Below are positions 24,515 to 33,477 of a stretch of DNA of 64,000 nucleotides, one piece after another. The translations under genes were made by a program, and so were the position numbers. The stretch is taken from positions 1-64,000 of IMG/VR virus record IMGVR_UViG_3300036770_006893, one strand, 5' to 3'. Position 1 is the first letter of the stretch. Every line of letters begins with the position of its first letter. The notes below the pieces were generated by a model. The model was not told where the DNA came from. It was given only the letters and a program-made list of their open reading frames with translations, and searched no databases.

Positions 24515-24601
24515 CGGAATCTGAGGGATTCGAACCCCCGGAGGATTTTAACCCTCGGCGGTTTAGTAAACCGCTGCCTTAAACCGCTCGGCCAAGATTC
24601 C
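24515..24601 (-). tRNA. tRNA-Ser(ACT)
   Basis: GCGGT-TT ACT AA-ACCGC, long variable arm, G73, TTCGAAT T-loop. Confidence 0.88.
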
Positions 24602-24670
24602 AAAAGCGGATTTTTGTTAGGCTCAGAACCCGCTAAACTGGCATCGTAACTCAGACCGTCAGCCTCCGAA

Positions 24671-24755
24671 CACCAGAGATAGGACTCGAACCTATAGTGT
24701 CTATAAATGACGGAGGATTAACAATCCTCTGCGTTTACCATTCCGCCACTCTGGT
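24671..24755 (-). tRNA. tRNA-Asn(GTT) with a long variable arm
   Basis: GAGGA-TT GTT AA-TCCTC; ACCAGAG/CTCTGGT acceptor; G73; variable arm GTC-ATTTATA-GAC. Confidence 0.8.
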
Positions 24756-25383
24756 ATATTTTTATAATTTCTTTTCTATTTGTTGGTATATTGTATGATT
24801 TTGCCCATTTTCTTAATGCATTATCTGTTACTCCAAAACTTTTGGCTGCCTTTGTCCAGTTATTTTTTATCAAGATATTTATAAGTTGTTGTTTTGTTGG
24901 TCTATTAGTTATTTTTCTTAAACTTTTTTTAGAACAAGAACTAGAACAATAATATTTATTATTAGTTTCTTTTTTACATATCTTACATTGTTGTTTTGTT
25001 TTTACTCTCTTTTTTGTAGTTATATCTTTAAACTCGCTAAGAGCATCGTGAGTTTCTCTATGACAGTTAGCACAAAGTAATAAACATTTATCTGCTTCTT
25101 TTTTTAGTATTACTAATGACTTAGTGAGACCTCTTTGACTTAACCCGAATTCTTTTTCTTTAGGGTCTTTATGATGAAAGTCCATCGCCGCAATACATTT
25201 ATTGTATCCACAATTTTCACATTTACCACCTTTGTATTCTACAAGAGCTTTTTTTAAGTCTTTCCTTCTTTTTGTTACATAGTATCTATTTTTACATCTA
25301 TTACAACAAAATTTTCCATTATCTCGTAATGATGCTTCATTAGAACATAAATGCCACAAACATTTCATAGTATAACTCCACAT
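24718..25383 (-). CDS. HNH-type homing endonuclease-like gene inside the tRNA cluster
   Basis: CENCGYNKC..AMDFHH.DP...LLCANCHRE, extra Cys clusters and a C-terminal HTH-like segment; its 3' end overlaps the tRNA-Asn gene; start probably at MKCLW. Confidence 0.8.
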   Translation of the reverse strand: MWSYTMKCLWHLCSNEASLRDNGKFCCNRCKNRYYVTKRRKDLKKALVEYKGGKCENCGYNKCIAAMDFHHKDPKEKEFGLSQRGLTKSLVILKKEADKCLLLCANCHRETHDALSEFKDITTKKRVKTKQQCKICKKETNNKYYCSSSCSKKSLRKITNRPTKQQLINILIKNNWTKAAKSFGVTDNALRKWAKSYNIPTNRKEIIKIYQSGGMVNAEDC

Positions 25384-25433
25384 GTTATACTATAATACGC
25401 CAAGGTTCGAATTTTCAAAGATCTTTTTACTAA

Positions 25434-25505
25434 TTCCGGAGTCTGGGTACGATCCAGAAATAAACGGTCCAAAGCCGTTTGTGATACCAGTTTCACCACT
25501 CCGGA
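25434..25505 (-). tRNA. tRNA-Gln(TTG)
   Basis: AACGG-CT TTG GA-CCGTT; TCCGGAG/CTCCGGA acceptor; T-loop ATCGTAC. Confidence 0.85.
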
Positions 25506-25506
25506 G

Positions 25507-25579
25507 AGCCGGTAGTAGGATTTGCACCCACGACATTCAAATTACAAATTTGACACTCTACTAACTGAGTTATACCGGC
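25507..25579 (-). tRNA. tRNA-Thr(TGT)
   Basis: TCAAA-TT TGT AA-TTTGA; GCCGGTA/TACCGGC acceptor; T-loop TGCAAAT. Confidence 0.88.
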
Positions 25580-25580
25580 A

Positions 25581-25654
25581 TGGTCAGGGGCTGGACTTTA
25601 ACCAGCGACCTCCGGCGGATCCTCCGGTGTTCTGTCTACTGAACTACCCAGACC
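25581..25654 (-). pseudogene. Degenerate tRNA-like gene, anticodon undetermined
   Basis: D-arm GTTC/GAAC and T-arm GCTGG-TTAAAGT-CCAGC present; anticodon arm CCGG-AGGATCCG-CCGG is non-canonical. Confidence 0.6.
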
Positions 25655-25864
25655 TCACATATCATACTCTTGTCGCCACTGTTTGTCAATATCATTTCGA
25701 GTACGACGTCTTTTTGGCCGACTATCCATCGTAGTATCACGATACTCTTTATGACCAGTAGATACTTCCCAAGGCTTTTTAACCTTGAGTTTAATATTGT
25801 TGCCGTACTTGCGGCGAGGACGCATATCGTCGTTGTTGGGGAGGGTAATCATACCATTGACCAT
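25655..25864 (-). CDS. Small basic protein, paralog of 35119-35292
   Basis: KPWEVSTGH...DSRPKRRRTR motif. Confidence 0.65.
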   Translation of the reverse strand: MVNGMITLPNNDDMRPRRKYGNNIKLKVKKPWEVSTGHKEYRDTTMDSRPKRRRTRNDIDKQWRQEYDM

Positions 25865-26125
25865 TTTCGTGCTGATAAAAAACCTTGTCTACATTAGGAT
25901 CGTATGCCATTAAGCAATATTGTATCGGATGATTCGTTTTTGTCAACTCCTGTTTTTCCTCTAAAGCAGGAAGTTTAATCTCACCCTTTTGATAATCCTT
26001 TACACCATTATATGCGAATCCTAAAATAGCAATAATAACCCCTATCCATTGCAGCATAACTGTTCTCCTTGCTGATTGTTTTTGCTCGTCCATGAGCATA
26101 ATATCGGCGGCTGGACTGAAAAACT

Positions 26126-26710
26126 TTAGTCATGATCAGAATATCTGCCTGCACACTTATCACAAAAGCATTCGAAATCTTCCGCTCCATCCCAACATAC
26201 TTCTGGAAATCGCTCGTCTGCTTCTAGACTTTCAGCACCAAAGTCAATCGCTACAAGAATCTTCTTTTTATCACGCTTGACATATCCTAGGTTATATTCA
26301 TGGGCATCACGATAATAAATGCCATTATCCTCCATATCTCCGATCAGATCATTAATCTTTTCGTAGTTAGAACACCAATCACAGTTAGCACAATCTCCGT
26401 CGCAATCTATTGATTTACAACTATATGGACTAGCAATCTCTGTAAGATAACCCCAGTTACTTAGAACCATTTTTTCTTTTGACCTATACCCACCACGACC
26501 GTCAGACTCTGCGAAATAGTTCGGAATCCTAATGCGACACACTGGACTCAAAACCTTTGGAGCCATCATCGGAGATAAATGACTTTGTACAGCATGGGCG
26601 AAAGTAGCCAAACTTTTATTAGGAAAACCCTTAAATCCATAAGATTGATTTTTAACCTTATAGAAAGTATTCTGGCTACCACTATCAACATATTTTCCAA
26701 CGTATGCCAT
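26126..26710 (-). CDS. Protein kinase-like / phosphotransferase fold protein
   Basis: G-loop-like VDSGSQNTFY, Lys in YGFK, catalytic loop YRDAHEYN, DFG. Confidence 0.7.
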   Translation of the reverse strand: MAYVGKYVDSGSQNTFYKVKNQSYGFKGFPNKSLATFAHAVQSHLSPMMAPKVLSPVCRIRIPNYFAESDGRGGYRSKEKMVLSNWGYLTEIASPYSCKSIDCDGDCANCDWCSNYEKINDLIGDMEDNGIYYRDAHEYNLGYVKRDKKKILVAIDFGAESLEADERFPEVCWDGAEDFECFCDKCAGRYSDHD

Positions 26711-27316
26711 AACTTTTCTCCTTGTGTAGGCATTCTACAATAAGTTATCGGCTTGTCAACTAAGAAAATCCAGTAATCTTTTATGCCATTTTGGCAGTCG
26801 TGGCGGGCGGTCTGCCATTATGGCAGTCCCGCTTCTCTCTCATTAGCCTTATTGATAACCCTTTGTGTTTTAATAACTTGGGTCAATCGGTCAGCACTCT
26901 TATAGTCTCTCATGCCTCTCTCATCAACATAAAAATACTCATCTAGAACATCAAAATGATTAATGTCTTTAAAAACTTCGATAGCAGCATCTAGTGGACT
27001 ACTATTAGGAATGCTAACAATCTTTTCGACCGTATTACTTTTTACGTACCACTTACCCATCTGCTCAACTCCCCAAAGAGATTAGGATAGTATCATCATC
27101 GTCATGATTATTATAATCTAAACGACCAACAGTTATTTCGGCATCATCTAAAATATTTTCCAGTTGACTAGGACTAATAAGCGTATCATAGTTAGTACCA
27201 AAACTAATATCACTATTAGAAATAGCGTCCATCACACTACCCAAATCCAAACAGTTGTATTCACAAACATCTTGAATACTAACACACTTATATGTAAAAC
27301 TTTTCATATTATAATC

Positions 27317-28021
27317 CTAGTGAGCAGGAAAGAGAACATTAGCCAAACCGCGAACACACAAGTCGCATGATATACTATCTTTCGTGCCGGTGCAAGTGAT
27401 TTCCGACCGACCACGACGGATTTCGGGACACGTTACAAACTTGCTGCCGTTCAGTACCACAAGTTTCGGCAAGGCTTTCCGCCATGCTTCGGCCTTGACC
27501 TTGCTTTTGGGTCGCTTCGGTGCGATTTTCATATCACTATCACACCATGCAAACAACTTGAAACCCTGAGCCATAGCCTCGCCCATATCTTTATCGTCAT
27601 GGACACTAGCATATACATTCATATACTTTTCCAGACTAACAAGCCTATCATCATAAATATGAGTATAAAACCACATATCGGGCAGACTATCACCATCGGC
27701 CAGAATACTCTCACACGCCCATGTCCAGTTTGCCAAATAGTCTAAGTCTAGTTCACCATTTAGAAAAAAGTCGCCTCTTTCATGAACTCTAATACTTTTA
27801 TTTCTACGCTTTGCATCCAAAATCATAGCACGAATCTTATTCTTTTCTGTAACAAGATTCTGCATACCAGCAGGACGAACGCCCGGATAAATCTTTTCCG
27901 TCTGCTCTGCATAGCAGCCGTTTCCAAGATAATCACAATCCGATGGACAAGTATCTCCAACTGGCCTACTAACCACAACACAGTTTTTTCCCAGTTTATC
28001 GTTACCGTCTGCAACTTTCAT
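27317..28021 (-). CDS. Gp88-like Cys-rich protein (radical-SAM-related family)
   Basis: TCPSDC-x6-CYA and IRVHERGDF, WFYT motifs. Confidence 0.65.
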   Translation of the reverse strand: MKVADGNDKLGKNCVVVSRPVGDTCPSDCDYLGNGCYAEQTEKIYPGVRPAGMQNLVTEKNKIRAMILDAKRRNKSIRVHERGDFFLNGELDLDYLANWTWACESILADGDSLPDMWFYTHIYDDRLVSLEKYMNVYASVHDDKDMGEAMAQGFKLFAWCDSDMKIAPKRPKSKVKAEAWRKALPKLVVLNGSKFVTCPEIRRGRSEITCTGTKDSISCDLCVRGLANVLFPAH

Positions 28022-28200
28022 CGTGTTCTCCTTTTGCTCTAATGGATTCTACTATACGTTATCGGCTTGTCAACCTAAAAAATCCACAAAAAAACTCTGC
28101 CATTTTGGCAGGCCGCCCGCGATCTATGCCAATTTGGCAGGCAAATCTCCACGCCTTGCTAAGATTTGGTGTATCTCTATTATAACTATAAGGAGTTTAT

Positions 28201-28779
28201 ATGAAAAAGAACAAAACTAGCAAAGCTAAAATAGCTAATAATACTAAATGGGCTAATAAGAACCGCGACAAAGTTAAAGTATATAAGCAAAAATATAAAA
28301 ATAAAACTAAAGATTATAATAGATCATTAGTACAACAAATTAAAGAAAATAGCTCATGTAGTATTTGTGGCGAAACTAGATTCTATTGTTTAGATTTTCA
28401 TCATAGAGATCCATCTACAAAAAAAGATACTGTATGCAATTTAATACGGCATGGTTATTCTACACAAATCATTAAAGAAGAAATAGATAAATGCAATATT
28501 ATTTGTTCTAATTGCCATCGTAAAGAGCATACAAATACATACAAATATCTTACCAAAAAAGCTAGATATGTATTAGAACTAAAGGAAAAATCCTGTTGCT
28601 CTAAGTGCGGATTATCTATACCAGAATGCTTAGATTTCCATCATATTAACGATAATAAAACAGATGGTATAGGTGCTATGCTAAGAAATAAAAACTTTTT
28701 ATTAGAAGATATTAAAACTGAAATACAAAAATGTATAATAGTATGTTCTAACTGTCACAGAGAAATACATAATAAGTAA
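28201..28779 (+). CDS. HNH endonuclease-like protein with two tandem domains, opposite to the local orientation
   Basis: Two C..CG....CLDFHH...IICSNCHR repeats; abuts tRNA-Arg. Confidence 0.8.
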   Translation: MKKNKTSKAKIANNTKWANKNRDKVKVYKQKYKNKTKDYNRSLVQQIKENSSCSICGETRFYCLDFHHRDPSTKKDTVCNLIRHGYSTQIIKEEIDKCNIICSNCHRKEHTNTYKYLTKKARYVLELKEKSCCSKCGLSIPECLDFHHINDNKTDGIGAMLRNKNFLLEDIKTEIQKCIIVCSNCHREIHNK

Positions 28780-28780
28780 A

Positions 28781-28853
28781 TACTGCCGGAAGGATTTGCA
28801 CCCTCGTAAATCAACTTAGAAGGTTGATGCCTAATCTACTCGGCCACGGCAGC
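28781..28853 (-). tRNA. tRNA-Arg(TCT)
   Basis: TCAAC-CT TCT AA-GTTGA; GCTGCCG/CGGCAGT acceptor; T-loop TGCAAAT. Confidence 0.88.
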
Positions 28854-28919
28854 ATAAAAACCGATAGCCGCCAGTTCAACACTAGCGGTCTATCGGATAT
28901 TATAGCAGTTATGCTAGGC

Positions 28920-29189
28920 TCAGACAAGAACCTCCTCTTGCTTTTCCACCTTGCTGTTATGAGCATCGCCAGCAGCCTTAGCGGTTACACCAGTAACCCT
29001 AGCACGCCAGACCTTGTAACCCTGCTCGCTAAAAGCCTTGACTTCGCCAGCCTTGACATTAGCATGAACATCACCGGGCAGAGCATCACGCAGACACTCG
29101 CTAATCGAATCCACAACAACCTCACGGTCAAGATCGCCAGCCACAATATCAACAACAAAAGAAAACTTCTTCATGGTAAATCTCTCCAA
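28920..29189 (-). CDS. Hypothetical protein
   Basis: 89-aa ORF in the cassette behind the promoter at 29305-29332. Confidence 0.65.
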   Translation of the reverse strand: MERFTMKKFSFVVDIVAGDLDREVVVDSISECLRDALPGDVHANVKAGEVKAFSEQGYKVWRARVTGVTAKAAGDAHNSKVEKQEEVLV

Positions 29190-29441
29190 GTTAGTGTCAA
29201 TCGAACCAATAAAACAATCATATCACGCAATCATCACTTGTCAAGAGCCAATCCGAACTTTTTTGTTGTCGTGATCGGTTGGCGTCTTGTCGTGTGATGC
29301 TATCATTGTACCACTGTTATCGTCACTGTCAAGCCGCTTGCTGAATCTTTTTTTGGATTTTTCGTAAGTGTATGCTGCTACAGAGGTTACGTCATATCTG
29401 TCATTTTGGCAGTTCGGCCGCGGTGCCTGCCGCTTTGGCAG

Positions 29442-29810
29442 TTATGAGAGATAACCCTCACAACCCAAAGAGGTCAGGTCACGCAGCAGATTTTCCGCCA
29501 TCTCAGCATTTTTGAGAGTGATGCTGTTGGTGTGGTGAGTAGCAGGAACGAACCTGTCGCCCTTCCAGCCGCCAACCAGATCATCAGTCCAATCCTTCGA
29601 CTCCTTCAAACCCCAGCCCGTATACTGGCGAATAATCTTGATGCAAGGAATACGATTATCCAAACTCATACCATTCGTGATCGTAACAGTACAACGCTGG
29701 TTCACACCCAACGCAACCTCAACAGCCTGCGTGATACGCTCTCTAATGTTCTCCCTAGCATAAAAAGCAAGTTCCATAGCCTCACGAACGCTCATTTCCA
29801 ACTTGATCAT
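29442..29810 (-). CDS. Ribosomal protein L7/L12 C-terminal-domain-like protein
   Basis: RIPCIKIIRQYTGWGLKESKD parallels the bL12 KVAVIKAVR..TGLGLKEAKD motif; ends AE.L...L...G.E. Confidence 0.7.
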   Translation of the reverse strand: MIKLEMSVREAMELAFYARENIRERITQAVEVALGVNQRCTVTITNGMSLDNRIPCIKIIRQYTGWGLKESKDWTDDLVGGWKGDRFVPATHHTNSITLKNAEMAENLLRDLTSLGCEGYLS

Positions 29811-30289
29811 ATAGCAAAACTTTCTGTATATTTAGGTTCGATTTCGTAAATACCGTCAAAACTACCGTTACGCTCTTCTAGAATATAAACTTGCTTACCA
29901 TCAGTAATCAAGGTGTCATATTCTGTTCCATCCCAAACGAACTCGTTATTGTCGCTTTCTCGTCGCCAATGCGGGTCACGAATAGGATTATAAAACAACT
30001 TTTCAAGATTGTCAACAGGCAACCGTGGAAAAAAACTTTTCCTTAGCATAACCTCTTCACATCTTACCCAACCACTAACATCATGCACACCAGCCTCGTA
30101 TACCTGTTTAGCCTTATTGGGCCGGTTCCACAATATACAACCCCTCATTTCCAACTGGTATTCTTTCGGGTCGTGGTAATATACATCAACAGTCTTACCA
30201 CCCTGCTTAACTTTCACTTGCCAGTGCATATAATGTTCACCGTTAGACAAATGAAATCGAACTTCGGCGTGTAGTGGTTTCGTTTTCAT
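29807..30289 (-). CDS. Hypothetical protein
   Basis: 160-aa ORF immediately downstream of the promoter at 30296-30324. Confidence 0.7.
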   Translation of the reverse strand: MKTKPLHAEVRFHLSNGEHYMHWQVKVKQGGKTVDVYYHDPKEYQLEMRGCILWNRPNKAKQVYEAGVHDVSGWVRCEEVMLRKSFFPRLPVDNLEKLFYNPIRDPHWRRESDNNEFVWDGTEYDTLITDGKQVYILEERNGSFDGIYEIEPKYTESFAI

Positions 30290-31554
30290 GCTTCTAGTAT
30301 ACCTTATCGACCAACTCTTGTCAAGACCTTTAAACTTTCGCTGACTACAGCCACCCCAGCCAAATCCGAAGGATTAGGAAAAACAATGTCGGCTTCCGCC
30401 ATACTCGACCAGCATTTCAGATAGCCTCTTTTGATATCATTGTGGCTATCCCCGTCCATTGTTTCCTTAAGTATACCATTAGTATCGGCACTGTCAATAC
30501 CAATCTATAAGAAAAATATTCTGCCATTTTGGCAGTTGCGCCGCGGCTCCTGCCGTTTTGGCAGCTAGGAGTTTTTATGCACTAGATCAATATACTTTTC
30601 TACTAGTTCGTAGGTATCAATCTGGTGAATGTTTATTAATTCTTTAGCCTTAGTAATGGATGCTTTATTCATGGCATTCATACGAGAGTTAAAGAAGTTG
30701 ATGATATAAACCATAGCCTGATCCTTAGTCATATTTTTAGGATCAGTACCGAGCAAGTCGCTAAAGTTTTTAGCCATTATTATTCCTCATGAAATCCCCA
30801 ACGGCCACTATCGCCCCAAACCTCTCTACTTTTAGGATAATCGTCAGGATAATCTCTTGCAGAACCGTCAGCATTAACCGGCCTACGTGGCCTAGTCATT
30901 TCAGGATTGTATGGCATCCACCACGGAGTATCCATACGATCTACAACCCCCAAAGATTCTTTACAATAGATGATATGATGGCTCACCGGATCGTCAGGAG
31001 AATACTTATACTGACCAAACCACACACCAATATACTTACCATAATAGTAGATAAGTTGTCCATCTTCTGGTTGACGATCAAAAAAACTAATCCATTCCAT
31101 TACCAACCCTCCGGCATAGGAATATCACCAAGATACATATAATATGCAACTTCATTAGCATCAAGAGTTTCCCAACCGCTATTGTGATAACCCCAAGAGG
31201 AACCATCCCAATATAGTTCACTAGGCTTGTTATTGCCAATAATAGCACAGAGATAATAGCCTATATCAATAGGTTGTCCACTTCGCCATTCCATTATTTA
31301 CCCCTCGTAATAATCACACACTTTGTACCCTTATCCTCATCAGTATACCTAAGACACTCATGAGACCCATAATACCAAACATCATTCTTAGAAAAGTTGA
31401 ATATAATCTCTTCCGTATGAAGTTGAGTATCATCATACCCACCCTCATAACCCAGAGTCAATACCCTCATATCCCCAGGATAATCCTTCAACTGCTCAAT
31501 CAGTTCGTTAACTGTCATGTTTGCATTCTACCCTATAGTTATCGTCATGTCAAT

Positions 31555-31965
31555 AAGAAAAAACCAGCGGAACCTTTTACGCCCCAGTTCCTATAACCCA
31601 TACGATTGCCCCTTGTCAGGATCGGATGGAAACCGCCCACGGAAACCTTCCTAGGATTGGTCATGACTCAATCCGTCTGGCTCTTGGGGACGATTACTGG
31701 TTGTGTTGTAAACCAGCGAGTCATTTACGATCCGACTCTTAACCGTCCACGCCATGCAGGGCTTTTAACCCCGTCTTACAGGTATATTCACGGTTACTGG
31801 TTGTATTAGAGCGTGGACAGGGATTCGCACCCCATTAGATTGGTATACTATCCTAACGTATAACCCCGTTAGGCAACCCCACGCTGCATAACAGCCGTAG
31901 GTTTATCGTACAGGTTATCCCAATCTAGTCGCTAGACCCACGCAAGTTTGTTTTGGTTTACTCAA
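31555..31965 (-). ncRNA. Candidate ~400-nt structured RNA with a tRNA-like domain (31810-31885)
   Basis: No credible minus-strand ORF despite its own strong promoter (31968-31995); AGCGTGG/CCACGCT stem closing GGG-TGCGAAT-CCC; further stems. Confidence 0.45.
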
Positions 31966-32075
31966 TCATTCTACAATCTAGTATCGTCTTGTCAAGAGAA
32001 AAAATCCACAAAAAAATGTCTGCCACTTTGGCAGATTTCGCGGCCCCTCTGCCGTTATGGCAGGCGGGGTTTTCT

Positions 32076-32558
32076 TTAGGCCTCTATTTCGTCTTCAGAA
32101 AAAAAGTTCTCTAAATCGAACTCGTTCCAAATAGCCATAGGAATCATATCCTTGCTGGTATATTCGATATAGTTATCAAAACCATTATCATAAATACCAC
32201 AGAAAGCCATGCCCGGCTCAAAATAGGACGCCTTTACATTGTATCCCAACTCTATCAGTTTCTCATACAATCCGATAGGGGGCGACCAAGCAGAGTCAAA
32301 TGTACCACTAACCTGATTACCAACCCTAGTAGCCTTTAGCCCATAATACTCTTCTTTATCTGTACCAATATCGGCCCCAATGTCCCACTTGGTTCCCCAG
32401 TTATTCACACAAAAATCCCACCAACCATCCCCAATATCTTCCGGCATGGGAATAAACTCATTACAAGTCTCACCTCTATTATAAGCCGCCTCAAAACGAT
32501 CAACCATAGCAGGATCGCTATGTTCAACAGTCAGATTGTTCAAGCACCAGTTTGGCAC
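32076..32558 (-). CDS. DUF1281/YubB ferredoxin-like domain protein
   Basis: MPNWC.N, NWGTKWD, FDSAWSPP, EPGMAFCG signatures. Confidence 0.8.
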   Translation of the reverse strand: MPNWCLNNLTVEHSDPAMVDRFEAAYNRGETCNEFIPMPEDIGDGWWDFCVNNWGTKWDIGADIGTDKEEYYGLKATRVGNQVSGTFDSAWSPPIGLYEKLIELGYNVKASYFEPGMAFCGIYDNGFDNYIEYTSKDMIPMAIWNEFDLENFFSEDEIEA

Positions 32559-32753
32559 AAATCACCTATCTTTCTATTCAGTTGGCACTAGGAGAGGGAA
32601 GTTTACGCTCATTGCAAATCATAACAGTATCGGCAATCATGTCAATACCAGCAGAAATAAGATTATACTGATCGTCTGGTTTCATATCAGTCATAGCGGT
32701 ATGAATCACACAAACAGCAAACTGTTCCAGAATCTGAGTCAACTCGTTTTTCG

Positions 32754-33302
32754 TCATGCTGCTCTCCTTTTTTTATCGGTTGTCAATCCCAAAAAACTAT
32801 ACAAATCTTGTCCAATCATCTTGCTATGTTTGCCGTGGTATATAGAGTACCCTTCTCGACCTCTTTTCAACTCACCATTACAGATTCTAGCATATACGGC
32901 TCGCTTAGTCAAGATACGAAAATCCACATTATACGGTGTCACATATACCAAAACCAGTCGATCAAAACACTCTGGTTTTACCCCAGGAAAGGTATAGGTG
33001 TAATAAACCTGTCCCCTACGAGTCGCGCGTTTTTCTGCCAAACTACTTTTGACTTCGATTTTTTCAGTACCGGCCCACAGATCACACCTTTGATTCGTTC
33101 CACCCTTCTTAGCCATATCATAGCCAGCATAACCAAATAGGGTCATGACTAGAGCCTCTGTATTATCGCTACGCTCAGTTTTGCTCTGAGTGCATAAATC
33201 ATAAGAAACATCGTTCTGCTCTGGACTATAATAATCATAATCCTTAGCATACATCTCTTTTACCAACTTCTTAGCCTTATGGAGATCCTTCAGCGTAAGC
33301 AT
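32754..33302 (-). CDS. Putative PD-(D/E)xK nuclease-fold protein
   Basis: RCDL...KIEVKSS motif followed by a hydrophobic strand (FDRLVLVYV). Confidence 0.55.
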   Translation of the reverse strand: MLTLKDLHKAKKLVKEMYAKDYDYYSPEQNDVSYDLCTQSKTERSDNTEALVMTLFGYAGYDMAKKGGTNQRCDLWAGTEKIEVKSSLAEKRATRRGQVYYTYTFPGVKPECFDRLVLVYVTPYNVDFRILTKRAVYARICNGELKRGREGYSIYHGKHSKMIGQDLYSFLGLTTDKKRRAA

Positions 33303-33477
33303 CTCTTTACTCCTTAGAACCGTACCAGATATATCGGCATTTTATCAGCCGTTCGCCACTTGTCAATAAAAACTTTGACAAAATATAACTGTCATTTTGG
33401 CAGATTGGGCGCAAAAACTGTCATTTTGGCTGACAACACCCATGCCGCCCGAATCCGAAGGATTAGCAGGAACAGAA

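Larger units (their letters stand above)
20530..29389. repeat. Motif C: TAAGTC-N13-GACTTA-like inverted repeat, 3 copies (20530-20554, 21792-21816, 29365-29389)
   Basis: CAAGTC-N13-GACTTA, TAAACC-N13-GACTTA and TAAGTG-N13-AGGTTA; all intergenic with the same 13-nt spacer. Confidence 0.5.

Noticed and set aside
24602-24670. Additional tRNA between Ser and Asn
   Set aside because: Only a weak GCGG/CCGC stem; no T-arm or cloverleaf
31555-31965. tmRNA, RNase P RNA or SRP RNA
   Set aside because: I found no GGGG...CCA alanine acceptor with a tag ORF, no GAGGAAAGTCC P4 motif and no SRP domain IV motif
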